From Amoebidium appalachense (Eukaryota > Protista > Ichthyosporea): a DNA stretch of 64,000 nucleotides. Under the pieces are notes generated by a model, which did no database searches, was not told where the DNA came from, and was given only the letters and a program-made list of their open reading frames with translations. Position numbers and translations under genes: made by a program. Of the stretch, positions 1-41,878 are shown one piece after another. The stretch covers positions 1,550,001 to 1,614,000 of the forward strand of contig CAVNZM010000010.1 in the NCBI GenBank assembly GCA_963693365.1, in the 5' to 3' direction. How positions within the stretch are numbered: the stretch's first letter is position 1; every line of letters starts with the position of its first letter.

Positions 1-45
1 GTGTGTACTGAAGGGGGCCGGTTGGTCACCCTATGGCCAAATATC

Positions 46-28547
<28,502 letters not shown>

Positions 28548-29675
28548 GTACAGTAGATGGGTGGGTGAACATACTTTGTTTGTTTTGTTTTTTTTTTTTT
28601 TGTTTTTTTTTTGTTATGTGTTGTACGTATGTAAGCTCGGATGCAGGTGCATACATACAGTTGCACACACACAAACACACAAGCACACACACGGACACAC
28701 ACGCGCACTCAAGGACTCAAGCACACACGTGTGGGTGTGTGCGCCCACAAACGTAAGAACCTCTCTCATCGAACTCTCTTCTATACCGGCATTTGTGATC
28801 TGCAGTCGTGATATCACCTCATACACATCTTGGTGGTATAGGGCAACAGGGGGGGGGGGGGGGTATATTTGGGCATAGTTTTTTGGTTTTTGAATATGCC
28901 GAAGGTCGCTGAACGAATGACCGGCGTCTTGGTATCTCATTTGCATTATCACCGAATACTATCACAGCTACTCAATTAAACGCAATCTATAAATGCTTGC
29001 TACGTCTTGCCGTTTTAGGTTTTGTATCGGGTTTACGAAACAACTAAGCACAGTGTTGTATGATGTTAGAAAATGGCCACGGATCATCCTGCTCCGGGGG
29101 GGGGGGGGGGGGGGGGGGGGGGTTCTGGTGTTGTATGAATGGCCTACTTATTAAACTCAGCGGAATGTATGTGTGTGCGGGTGGTCATGAACTCTGGGTG
29201 TGGAGACTGTACATAACGAACATTGGTGAATGTGGGATTTATATTTTAATGGTAAAGTAAAAGACAACCCAAGGCAAGTAATATTATAAATTACAGGGGA
29301 AAAAGCCTGATTGTTGCAATCTCAAAAACAATTGCATTCTCCAATAATTCCCGGGTGATCTGCCTGATTAGATAAATATGGAGATTTGGGTGGGAATTTT
29401 TGGCACGGGAAAAAAAAAAAGAAAAAGCCGGAATACAATTTTTTATGTAATGTGCGAGACAGGAGGTACAGATTTGTTTTGTTGCCCTTGGTGGGTGTGC
29501 CAAGTAAACAGGTCAGCCACCATAGAATTGAACTTGTCAGACTGTTTGTGAAAGGCGTTCAAGTTTTGTTACACGTGCACACGCCAAAGGAGGCTTTGGC
29601 ACACACACACACACACGCACACACACACACACACGTGCACACACACACGTGCACACGCGCGCGCACACACACGCA

Positions 29676-29738
<63 letters not shown>

Positions 29739-30091
29739 AGCACAGACCCACACATGCCTTAGGCTGCCAGAGGGAGCCTCGGTGCCATCTGACCACCTAG
29801 TCACAACCCAAAACTTTTAAAGGGATTCTCGGTTCCAATCAAATGGCTCAGAAATTTTAAGGGGACTCTCGGAACCAATTAGTCGATCGAGTTTCAGTTT
29901 ATTCAATTATATAACCCGTCCCGGCGTTGTGACTAATTGGCCCTATGTCCCGCCAGCACGTGATGAGGGTTTTGAAACATTTGGGGGGCGATCCCGGGGA
30001 CTTTGGCTAGCCAATCACTATGGTGTACGCCTTCCAAAAATGGAAACATGAATTGGAGCACTGCCTGCCCCTCTTTGCATGCATGGCTTAA

Positions 30092-30210
30092 AAGGGATTC
30101 CTTTTAGGCCGATTTATTGATCCTTTCGTGTCAGGCAAGAATTCTGTTTGCGCACCTGGCCAATCACAAAGTGCAAATTGTTTTCGGGTCTGACCCGACC
30201 CGAATTCCTA
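30092..30210. mobile_element. Degenerate partial copy of the TTAA-flanked MITE at 35541-35671
   Basis: TTAA|AAGGGATTCCTTTTAGGC...CCTTTCGTGTCAGGC...CCAATCACAAAG...TCGGGTCTGACCC is colinear with the 35541 element; right TIR not seen. Confidence 0.65.
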
Positions 30211-30948
30211 ATGCAAATATTACTAAGCTATCATGTCGAGTGCCTCGAGATCGAGCTCGTTTTCATCGTCAGGCGGAGATTTCTGAACATGTTGGCTCGT
30301 ACTGTATACCCTAAATACAACATTGTTGGGACATTTTCAACCCTCGGCCCTTTTTGTTGCTTAAAGGGGGCTAGGGAAGCCATACGAGGGCACCCGGAAG
30401 AGGCCTCCGCGAGGGGGGGCTGGGGGGGGGGGGGGGGGGGAGGGGATAAAGAGCCTTGTGCGTCGGTATCAGGTGCAGGTGCACGGGTCCAAGCCACGGG
30501 ATAACGCGCCTATATGCACGGGTGCCTTCACCTGCAGCACGGATTGTATATATATATAACGTTGTGATTTATTTAACATCTTAATGCAATTGCAACACAC
30601 CGTCCCCGCATGTGCATCACCGGAATATCAACATAAGAAAGTATTGTGTATTAATCTCCGTTTGTGGTCTTCTGTGACCTTGCGCAGCATACGCATACAT
30701 ACATGATATGCCCTCGAGCTATCAGTCTGCACTGTGTGTGTTTGTGTGTGCCATGTACAGGGTGAGAACCACTTCCTGGCCTTACTATGCACGTGTGTGT
30801 GTTGGAGGGGGGGGGGGGGGGGGGGGGAGGGGGGAGGGGGGAGGGGGGGGAGGGGGGGGGGAGGACCTGCTATTGTATATATGTGATCATAACAAGGCAT
30901 GTTTTGCCACACGCAATGCCAGATATCAGACTGAGAGCATATTTATCA

Positions 30949-30989
<41 letters not shown>

Positions 30990-31763
30990 GATCCCCCCCA
31001 CCCACCCCCTCCCCGCGGCCCCCACCCCCCCACCCCCCCCCCCCCCCACCCCCCCCCCCACCACCACCACCACCCACCCGGCCCACCCTCTTATCTACAC
31101 GATCTACCAAAATCCCATGTTTATACATCCATCACCCTGGCTCCTCCCTTTGTCCTTGTCCAAACACACACACACACACACTGTTAGGGGAATAGGATGG
31201 GAGTGGAACTAAGACTCAAGGAAAGTTGGCTCGTAATCCTAGCTTCCGTCAACACGCACACCGCTACTTATCTCAAGAGTATCTACACTGATGTATGCCT
31301 ACTCTGAAGTAGAGTGATTGTGGTTGACCGAGGCTGTCCTTTATATAGTTTGTGTGGCGAACCGGTCATTACCACATGATCCAATAGGAGAGCACTTACA
31401 ATGTCCATATATGGCTAAACAAACACGAACTGATAAACAAATGACTAAACAACCAATGGGAAACGCTCAATCTACAAGTACATGCAATCATGTCAATCTT
31501 CCGAACGCATGCCACACGCAATGTCAATCTTCTCAATCGTGTGCCACTATACATATGCATAAACTATTGGTACACGTGCAGGGGCTGTCCCAACTACACA
31601 TGCGTAACAGGGGCATAACACGTGGCGTGCTAAGATACAAAGCTATGATGTAACAGTGATGTAATAGTTACGTAACATTGAGTAATGGCAAAGGGCCGTG
31701 TCCCATGTGTACGTGTCGTGTGTCTACTATCTATACGCATGCATATCTAAGGTGCGTAAATAA

Positions 31764-33140
31764 TATATTGTCTTAGTCACTCACGATCCTTCTATCATGA
31801 ATAACTTTTTTTCTTTTGACTGGATTTATTCGACGGAAAGATATGCAAGTATGCACGGCATACTGAGAAGACAATAAAAACTTCACGACATGCTTTCTCG
31901 AGTAGATGACTGGTGTTTCCAAAATTTCATGAAAATTGGGATAGATAAATGCGGCACCTTTTCTTCCAATGCACAGTACACTCTGAACAATCAACCTATC
32001 CCAATCGTGTCCTCCTATGACTATTTAGGTATTCCTTTCACCTCTAAGGGTATCTGGTTTGAGCGCCTTTTGACTTCGCGCATTTCTCGTGCGCGTGGTC
32101 GCTTACATATCTATCAAGGAATATTCGCAAATATCTCTACCATTCATCCAGCCAATTTGCTCACTCTTTATAAAGTTTTTCATCGTCCATGTTTCGAATA
32201 TGGCCTCCCGTTCCTCTTGTTTGCCCCTCCACGGCAACAGCGCGCGGCTCTTCGGGAATTCGATTCCTTTCAGCGTGAATTCATCCAGTTTATTTCTCGA
32301 ACCTCGCGTAGGCATCCTTTGGCGGCTCCCTTGCTGAGTGTTTTTGGTCTCCCTCCGGTGCGCCAGCGTATGAATGAATTAGGACTTCGCTTTTGTTTTC
32401 ATTTGGTTAGGCTTCCTTCTTATCATCCTTTGTTGCAATTCTTTCCTTCTTTAGCACCTGTTCCCGGCATTTCTAATGTTCGTGCGAAATGTCCTATCTC
32501 CAATCTCTCTCCCATTCCGAGATATCCTTTTAAATACCTATCTCCTTTATTTTTCCCTTCTACTAGTTATCAGCAGTATGTTACTTGGTTTCATACTCAA
32601 TGTCCTTTGCTTCATCGTTGTGATAAAGAGTATCATGGTAGGGCTCTTGAGCCTGGGCTTCTTTTTATATTAGAGACTCGTCTATTTTCTTTACAATCGC
32701 TGTGTAAATTAGCTACTGATATTTATCCTTTTTCTCGTAAACCTACCACACTTACAGATTTTGCAATTCTAACCCCTCCTTGTGATATAGCTTGGAAATG
32801 TTTATTTTGGCGCTGTAACCTTTGTTTCCATAAATGTTTGTGCCACTTTTGTGCAGAACCTTTTTCTCGTAAACACTTAGATAGATGTATTTATTTATCT
32901 CAGATTACTCCGTTAGAAATTAGAAGACTGGCTTATTTAGATAATCCTGCTATTACGTCTATTGACTATCTGTTGTACCACGGTATGTTTAACGAGTTTT
33001 CTAGGGTGTATGATTATTTAAGTCGTTATCTCCTCCGTATCCGAGAGTGAGGGCTTTTATATTTTCTTCTCCGAGATATCGGTGATATCTCGATGGCCTC
33101 TATTTTGCTGAGCATATCAATAAAGTCATTATAAAAAAAA
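31764..33140 (+). mobile_element. 5'-truncated non-LTR retrotransposon (LINE): RT C-terminus, thumb and C-terminal Cys/His region
   Basis: Open frame 31890-33050 has LHDMLSRVDDW...MKIGIDKC, YDYLGIPF, LYKVFHRPCFEYG and CLCHFC...RKHLDRC. The YADD motif is missing. 3' stem-loop 33072-33092, AATAAA plus A-tail, TSD GTAAATAA at 31756-31763 and 33141-33148. Confidence 0.9.
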
Positions 33141-33346
33141 GTAAATAACAATCACAACAATCCAGAGGGGGGGCTATGAAAAGGGGTCTGCGACGCTATG
33201 ACCTAACGCGCACGCAGTAATCCCCCCATGTTAGACTCAGTGCATTCACATGGTCGTATTCACGTGCAGGTTAACGTTACGTGTCATGTGCATAGTGCTG
33301 TCCGCAGTGCAACAACCACTCAGCAGTATCACGGCAACACTGTCAG

Positions 33347-33498
<152 letters not shown>

Positions 33499-34464
33499 GC
33501 GTCTTTTCAAGCAACTGGCAAACTGAGCACACCGAAAATTCAAAAACAGCCCGGCTTGTTCGTATTTTTTCCCATAGATACATGGCACCTGCTTTAATGT
33601 GAAATCATCCTTTTTATTAATCCCGCGGCAGTGGACTTTGCAGAATTTGACTCCTTTGAGGCCCAAAAACCTCGAAATTTCCCCGGCGATGCTTGTGCCG
33701 GCGCCCGCAGGGAGAATTGCAGTGTGTGGATCTGTGTCTCGCGCGCTTATGTGTGGGGGAAACTTCAAGACGAAGGTTTACAAAACTTTAAGCCTTGGTT
33801 CATGATCACGTGCACGGGAAAGGCAAGACTACTTTGTAATACAAGTATCCAGCATGGGTATTGATTATATCGAATTAATCTGGAGGCCTGCCATACAATA
33901 TTGAGGGGTTGGATACCCTGGGCCCTTCACGACGAGACCTGCTGCCGGGGCCGTGAGGGGTGGGTGGGTGAAATCGATGGTGGTGAGGGGGGAACGGTAG
34001 GTGGGTGGGTGGGGTGGGTGTGTGGGTGGGTGGTTGTTTGTCCCTTAGAAACAAAACGTATATATATTGCCAATTGCCCAAGGCGGCACTTAAACACCTT
34101 ATAACGAACACGACAACAGGTGACGACAACAAATGGAGTGGGTGGGTGGGTAGGTTGGGGAGGGGGGGGGGGGGGGGGGGGGGGGGGGAGGGGGGGGGGA
34201 GATAGTCGTTGAAGCACTTTAAAATAATAATTGTTCACGAGCAGGGTAGGCATGAACGATACAGGGAGGTCAGGGTATATATCTCGGGAGGGTGTATGGA
34301 AGGAAGAGGCCGAAAGAGATTTGAGGTAGGACGGGACTGGGAGGGAGAGGGGGAGAGGGGTGCCCGGTAGGAGAGAGTGCTAGGGTAAGGGAGAAGGGGA
34401 GGGGTGGGGGGAGGGGGGGAGGGGTGGGGAGGAGGGGCGGGAGAAAGAGAGTGAGTGAGAGGGA

Positions 34465-34567
<103 letters not shown>

Positions 34568-35130
34568 TGTGTGTGTGTGTGTGTGTGTGAGGGAAAGGGA
34601 TAGAAGGAGGGAGGGAGGGTGAGAGAGCCAGAGGGAGAGCATATTCTGCAAACAACGAGGGAACCATTAGAGCCATGGTGTTAAAGGCGAGAGAGAAAGA
34701 GGGAGAAGAGGCCCATCGACTGCAAGAAAGGGAATCCACCGTTGCCGCATTGTCACAACGTCTAGTTAAAAATGCCGTGGGATGAGACACTTGGCATGCA
34801 GCCTGACACTTTGAGGGTAGTTGCTTTTACTTCATTCACCAAAAATATGTATAATCCAGCAATAAACTAGTGTACAGACAAACGAAGATTCAAATAAATC
34901 TAACACGATATCACTAACAATCATGCAAATCGGCAATCGGTGTGTCAGTTTGGGGGCATGAAAAGAAATGAAGAAATATGGAAATGATCACAATGCCCCA
35001 TATCTATATGAATGGCCGAGGTAGTCATAACTTTACATAGCAAAGCAAAACAGCGAAAAATGTGATAGAGAAATTAAGAGGAGCAGATGTAGCTAAAAAT
35101 GCGAACACTTATGCACGCCACCAACATAAA

Positions 35131-35977
35131 CTACGCAAATTTCTTGATCGCCTCCTCCTCCGCCTCCTTCAGCAAATCCTCGTTCTCCTTAATCGTCTCC
35201 AAATCGGGCTCCTCCAGGTCGGTAGCCGCGCGATCCTGATCCTCCATCGCCTGATTGATCTCGTTAATTTCATCCTCAATCAATTTCTCCTCCGTCGTTT
35301 CAGTCATATCAAGAATCTTTTGCTCCCTCTCGATCCCTTTTTCCTTCTGGATCGCCTTGGTTCTCATCTCGCCGATCTGTCTAAGAAGTTGCTCTGCCTG
35401 TTTGTCCGCGGCCGCTTTAACCTGTTGCAGGTCGGCGGATGCGTTTGGCCCATTTTGAATTAGCTGCTGTTCCTTCTCTTGGGCGGCCGATTGGATCTCT
35501 TGCACCTGGCGCAGAAGTTCGTCGACCTACAATGGGTTAAAGGGGGTTACTTTTAGGCAAATATATCGGCCCTTTCGAGTCAGGCCAAAATGCTGTGTGG
35601 TGTGCATATCACCAATCACAAAGCGTAAATCGCTCTCGGGTCTGACCCAACTCAGATAAAAGGAACCCCCTTTAAGAATAATATTGGATTAGTGACGGGC
35701 AGGTAAGAAAGATATTGGGCGAAACAGAAGGTGGAGGTTTAAATGTTGAAGAAGACTGTGTATATGCTTCTTGAAGCGTTTGAAACGGGAGCACGAGATG
35801 TGTTATGTAGTGACAATCGTTACGGATCCTATGAATTAGCATGGTTGGGGTGTTCGAATCAGCGTTCCATCTGGGTGATATGTTGGTTGATAAATACACA
35901 CACGTCCGATAGACTAGTTCAAAAGAAGTTTTGTGCTTGTGTAAACCGACATGGGACCCCATCACGTGCTCATCAAC

Positions 35978-36033
<56 letters not shown>

Positions 36034-37200
36034 TGTAGATGGGGAAGTAGATGACGTGGAGTGGTAGTTTAATAATAATAATACTCGGGCTTGTATACCA
36101 TGTATTTATAGTTAGGTAAATGTATAAACCGTGTACAGGCAGTGTGAATAGAACCAGTGAGCTTACAAGGGTGCTCTGCCAACGTTAGTTACACCAAAGT
36201 GTGTGTGTGTGCGCGCGCGCGCGCGCCCGTGTGTGATCGCGTGCGCGGGCGTAGGTATGTATCTGTCTCCCTGGGCATGTGTTGTGACCACATTTACGTG
36301 TGTGCACATGTGCACGTGCCCCCTGCCGAATCACAATGTCTACACATACACATGGGCACACACACCGACACACGTGCATGCCCCATCTACACCTGTTCGC
36401 ACCACCCATTATGAACCTATCAAACCCCCCAGCCGCCCTACTAAATTAAATATTCAAAATCTCAATTTTAAGAAGTAAACATCACTGGGCACACACCTGA
36501 GGTGAGGAGCTATCGGTCAACCCTGCCAGTTTTGCGTTTTCCTGCTCCGCCGCTTGTTTTGCCTGAGCTTTAAGAGCCTCCAGTTCGCGCTCAAATGATG
36601 CCTTTAACTCTGTCAGTCTGGCCTTGTTATTCGCCCGTCTCTGCTCCTCCTCTTCGATTCTCTTTTTGGCACGTTGGATAGCTGCGGTTCCCTGCAATTT
36701 TTTTTTCAGTCGTAAGTATCAGCATAAATAGGAGGGATGGTAGAGAAAAAAAAAGACTAAGGGAGGGAGGATAGAGGGAGAGGGACTGTGAGAGGAAGGG
36801 AGAGAGTCTAGTGTACGGTCGTTCAATTGAGTAAAATCCACGCAAGTACAATAGAGAGCCAGGAGAGGGCGTGCGAGCGCAAAGAGGGGGGGACGGGGGG
36901 GGGGGGGGGGGGGGGGGAGGGGGGGGGGGGGGGCGGGGCGAGGAGACTTGAACCATGTGGGATCGTTTGCAAGTTTGTTCGTGTCAATGTGAGCGTGATT
37001 AAGCAAAAGTTCAAAATAATTCGAGGGTGATGATTTGCTCTTCTTATGCGGTTGGTGGTTCTTTGTCTTATCATGCAACAGAACACTGTGGTACTGAATG
37101 GTGAACCGCTGTGTGCAGCAAAGATCACACAGGAGGCAAATGCTAAGAATTTCATGCGGAAAGACTGCCGTTAAAGCAGAAGCGTGAGTGGTGGTCGACA

Positions 37201-37251
<51 letters not shown>

Positions 37252-38478
37252 CACATGCACACACACAAATACTTTTGACGTGCTGGAACACTGACACATA
37301 CGACTAAATGTGCACACGGGGTTGCAGATGCTTGGATTCGAAGTCACAGAGAACCATAAGAAGATAAACTTGGGGTACACGTGTTGCCACTGCCGTACTA
37401 AACATAAACACACCTGCTCAAGATTTCTTTTCTCCTTCTCTAACCTCTCATTCCCTGCCTTACACCCGCAGACACACACACTGAAGTGAGTGGACCTCCA
37501 TACACAAACATGTCCACGCAGACAAGCAGAGACTCTTGTTCAAGACCGACTGGCTCACTGTGTGCGTGAGTGTGGCACGTACATGCACGAACAACACACA
37601 CTGAGACAACTGGGTTCAAACCTCGCACACACGTGGCATACAGCACACACACACGATCACACACCACCACCTCCTCCACTTCCCCCCCTTTTCCCTAACG
37701 AGGTGAGCACGCAAATGGTAAACATAACCTAAATCTTCAACCACCCACTCACTCAACCATACACACGTTGCAACATGGTGTCAATAAAGCTCCTGCAAGC
37801 TCACAAGCACACGAATGCACGTACTTACCACTGTCGCCAGGCAAACACCACACACACAAATAACACCGACATGCACATGCACACACTGCACGCGTAGACA
37901 CGTACTTCCAAATGCGCACGAATGCGCACGTGCACGCGCACACGCTCGCGTACGCACACACACACACACACACATGGGCGCACACACACAGCTGGGCACA
38001 ACAAAGCCAATAGACCGTTCGCGATGATACATATACTGTACAACACACGCAGAGACGCACACACCCAGAAAAACAGGCACGCACACATGCGCGAACACAA
38101 CCACAAGCACACACACACACATGCCCACACACACGCACACATACACACACACACACACGCACACGCACACGCCGAGCCGATCCACAACTACAACTGCAGC
38201 ACTTCCCCACCACCCTCTTCATCATCCCCGTATCAACATACCTGTTCAATCTTCTGCGCAGGAGTAAGCGGTCTGACCTGACCGCCAACGTTTATACTAG
38301 CCAGATACTTCGCGTCAATACGTGCTTCCTCTGCATCTTTGGCTGCCTTATCCACGAGAGGGTGGTCGGAGGTAGGTGTAACAGATGAAGGTGCAGGTGT
38401 AGATGGAGCCTGCCTGGGCACAACATGACCAAAAACGGCCGGCGCGGCCAGAAGGGCAATGGAGCACAACTTGTACAT
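35131..38478 (-). CDS. Secreted coiled-coil protein, paralog A (~290 aa, 4 exons)
   Basis: Exons 38478-38242, 37458-37414 (least certain), 36691-36497, 35526-35131; all phase-0 GT-AG. Signal-peptide-like MYKLCSIALLAAPAVFG, then VPRQA, motif LASINVGGQVRPLTPAQKIE, then E/K/Q/A-rich helices. Confidence 0.75.
35541..35671. mobile_element. 131-bp MITE with TTAA TSD (Kolobok-like)
   Basis: TTAA|AGGGGGTTACTTTTA...TAAAAGGAACCCCCT|TTAA (15-bp TIR, 1 mismatch); related copy at ~30092. Confidence 0.8.
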
Positions 38479-39419
38479 TTTTGGTTGTGTTCTGTCTGTG
38501 TTTGTGTAGAAACTAGAGTTAAGAGTATATGCTTGTATACTCTCGTATAGAAAATATAAGAAAGCGTGTGTAGGCAATAGTCGAGTGCTGTGAATGAAGT
38601 TTGGGAAACAGGGTATCACGGTGTGTGTGTGTGTCTGTAGTAGGTACAAAGGCTGTGTTGGCGCAAAAAGGTATTTGAGGTTAACAGCGATTGGTTCAGT
38701 TTATTACGCACAAAGAGGAGGGCAGAGAGGGGTAAAGAAAAGCAGAAGCTATCCGAATATCGACCCCTCCGTGTTTCCACCCTGCTAAAAACCCTATTTA
38801 AAAATGAAAAATCTTTCTATTTAATATATAAAAGCTTTTTGAGAGACTTATTATAAAGAGTTAACTAGCCAAACGACACGGGGCTTGCCCTGAAGCTTGG
38901 CTTGGCTACATAGAGGCCAACCTAACTGTTGGGAGAAACTTCTATTTATGTACATGACTTTACAATAACAAAACATAGAATAACAAAACATTGACAAGAA
39001 TAAAAAGTCTGATAGTCATAGATTCATCCAATCGTAGCGTGCGCACTGTGACCAAGATGTGAGCCATTCCTAATAGATCATTGGAATGTCCTGCAGTGTC
39101 CACTGTGACCGGAGGCCGCTTGTCATGCTTGTCACAGTGGAGTGCAACTTTTGACCAACTACAGTAGAGCAAGTTTTCCCTTCTGCTTTCCTCTTGCCTC
39201 TCTTAAACCTGTAGCTTGTGGCAGTGCCTGCATGCCGGCATAAAAGCACCTGATGACTGCCACCTATCTCCTTAAAGTTGCACATGTTGAAAGTTGCACT
39301 TTCGCAGGCTCGAGCTCAAAGTTTGGTGTGCTGTAGGCGGGGGTGGGATGAACATGTGTTTAGTGAATGGTGAACAAGCCGTGCCGATGCATCGTTAATT
39401 TTTTTTTGGGCAACGCAAC

Positions 39420-39591
39420 AGCACGCGCGCACACACACACCAACACACACACGCACGCACACACACACACAAACACACCCACACACACGCACGCACGCAC
39501 ACGCACACACGCACACGCACACCCATACTTCCGGACGCGCGCACACACACACGCATGCACGCACGCACCGTTACGCACACACACACACACA

Positions 39592-39639
<48 letters not shown>

Positions 39640-39775
39640 CATGCACGCATGCACACACACATAACACACGCACACACAACACACACACACACACACACAC
39701 ACATAAACAAACACACGCGCGCGCGCACGCACACACACGCACGCACGCACGCACAACCAGACACCAACACAGACA
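39420..39775. repeat. Mixed (CA)n/(GCAC)n alternating purine-pyrimidine array (similar at ~51590-51850)
   Basis: Visible ACGC tetranucleotide runs. Confidence 0.85.
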
Positions 39776-40291
39776 CGCACCTAACGTGTGACAAACATTG
39801 ATATGGCAAGATCCTGAGGCCCTCACGCACACACGACCTCACACACACACACTCACGCAGTACAGGCACCACTCGCCGCGCACCTACGTACACGCAAACA
39901 CTTGCACAACACAGGCGCACACATACTCCTCGCTGCTGGAAGCGCAGTCAGCCAAGTACACGCAAAAGGGCGTTGCTCCGTTGCAGTCGTGTGAAACCAA
40001 ACCATACACGCACACGCACACACACATGCAAAGAAACACACAAAACAAGTTGATAAAGAATGCTATATCCACAAATCTTGTCATGTCGGCATCTACCACA
40101 GCGGTCCCTGTTTATGAAGCGGCTCGATCAATAAACCACACAAAACGGACGCTTCAGCGACAGTTTGCTATTACGCCTAGGTACATGCTTGAGAGCACGT
40201 TTGGAGTTGAAGTCCAGCACCTCATCAGAAAGTCAAACTGCAAAAAGGTTGATTACGGGCTGTGGGCCTACCACCAACTGAGGCGGTGTCT

Positions 40292-40326
<35 letters not shown>

Positions 40327-41842
40327 CTTAAAAGGGACGCCGCCTGAGTAGATGTATAACGTCGCACGTGCGGCAACACGTCAGTACGTGTTAGATTACG
40401 GGCCTTGAACCAAGTAACCTCCGAGGCTTGTACAAGAAAAGCCTTGTCAAGTAGTTTTCTTAAGCAGATGGGAAAGCTATCTTTGCAGCGCACCGTGGCA
40501 TACCGGTTTCTTGGCCTCTGAGTCATAGCTAAGTACCTCACATATTCCATGTCGGGCAAGAACCGGGTGCAGTGAACTTGAAAACGCCGGCGCCACGTGC
40601 GTGTCTGTGGATTGGATTCTTCAGACACTCGAATGAAATCTTCTCATTTAGGGGTTTAAATTTTCATTTTTTTTTAACCCGTATGGGGGAGGCCGGGGGA
40701 GGTGTTTGGCCTGGTTTTGTGTCTTGTATTATTGTTGCTTGTGCTGCACATTGCATGTCCACTCGTGCTCGTACGCATGTGCCTTCGTAAGTGTTCGCTG
40801 GCACGCTTGTATGTGAGAAAGCGTGGGTCTGTCTGTGTTTTGCTGTCAACGAAATACGCTTTCCCCCTGCCGTTCTTATATGTCCACAGCCCTACTACTT
40901 CTAAATATCGAACCCATCACCACCTAGGCCTGTGCAGGTGCAGGAGCTCGGCTGTCATTGAGATGTCAATATCCAGAATGTGATTGACGCAGAGAATGCA
41001 AGGGACTCGGTGTAACGTTGCAGCTCGAAAAAGGGGAACTCGATACCGGATATTTAGGAGAATTCAAGGGAATAACAATGAAATGCTAGCTTGGCCCGTT
41101 TGGCCCGTTTGATGTCACTCTCCATCAGTAAACATGGATAATATATTACGATCGCGAGCAACCTGCGCCGAGTTGCTGGCAGGGAATTCGAGGTGTGACA
41201 CATTGAATTAATGGGTTAATGCGTGCAACCAAAGGTTTTTGTCTTGAGAGCTAGATTCTCCTACTATTGCATCAGTTGGGTAAGAAAGAAAACGCACACA
41301 CCATGGCATGTATAGCTGGCATGTATTCTGAACAGTACCCACAGGTGTTTCTAGATGGCCGTGACAGTACCGTATTCATGGCGTGCACCGTCGAACTCGA
41401 GCATCATGCATGTGCAACGTTAATGAAAAATTCCTGGTGCGCGCTTAGCTAATCAAAAACCACGAGTGCTTTTGCCCGGCTAAGATGAGCCAGTCACACA
41501 AAAGGACTGCTTTTATTTGATTGGATTAAATCTTCGGCAACTTACACCCCATACTCTTAATTGGGGCTCATAAGTATTGAATGTAATTAGCCTGTAATGT
41601 TTTTTCAGTTTTTACGGTATGAATTAATATTATTTATGCTTTTTTGCAACATAATTTGATTTATATGGTTTTTTAGTTGATAACTGTATCATGTACAATT
41701 ATGCATTGAACCTTGAAAAAAATGGTGGAAACGTTTTGAAAGCTGAACGATTTCTGGTTTTGTGATATTAAACCCCTAGACCAGCAAGTGTTGGGGGTAT
41801 AGAGCCGTGTCAGTGTGCACTCAGTCCATAAATCCGCGGCCG

Positions 41843-41864
41843 TCTCCTTTGTGCCTTTCTCTCT
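41843..41864 (+). promoter_or_regulatory. Pyrimidine tract upstream of the RPL23 ATG (possible TCT initiator / 5'TOP)
   Basis: TCTCCTTTGTGCCTTTCTCTCT lies 15-36 nt before the ATG, typical of ribosomal-protein transcription starts; TSS not known. Confidence 0.45.
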
Positions 41865-41878
41865 GACCATCCGTCAAC

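Noticed and set aside
35062-35463. Leu-rich plus-strand ORFs (also 55771-56037 and 57413-57649)
   Set aside because: Antisense shadows of the E/K/Q-rich minus-strand exons.
39099-39140. CCACTGTGAC/GTCACAGTGG inverted repeat containing RSS-like heptamers
   Set aside because: Wrong orientation for Transib termini, no nonamer or TSD, only 10 bp.
41491-41498. CAGTCACA (HomolD-like ribosomal-protein promoter motif)
   Set aside because: Single 8-mer about 390 nt upstream of the ATG, farther than expected; may be chance.
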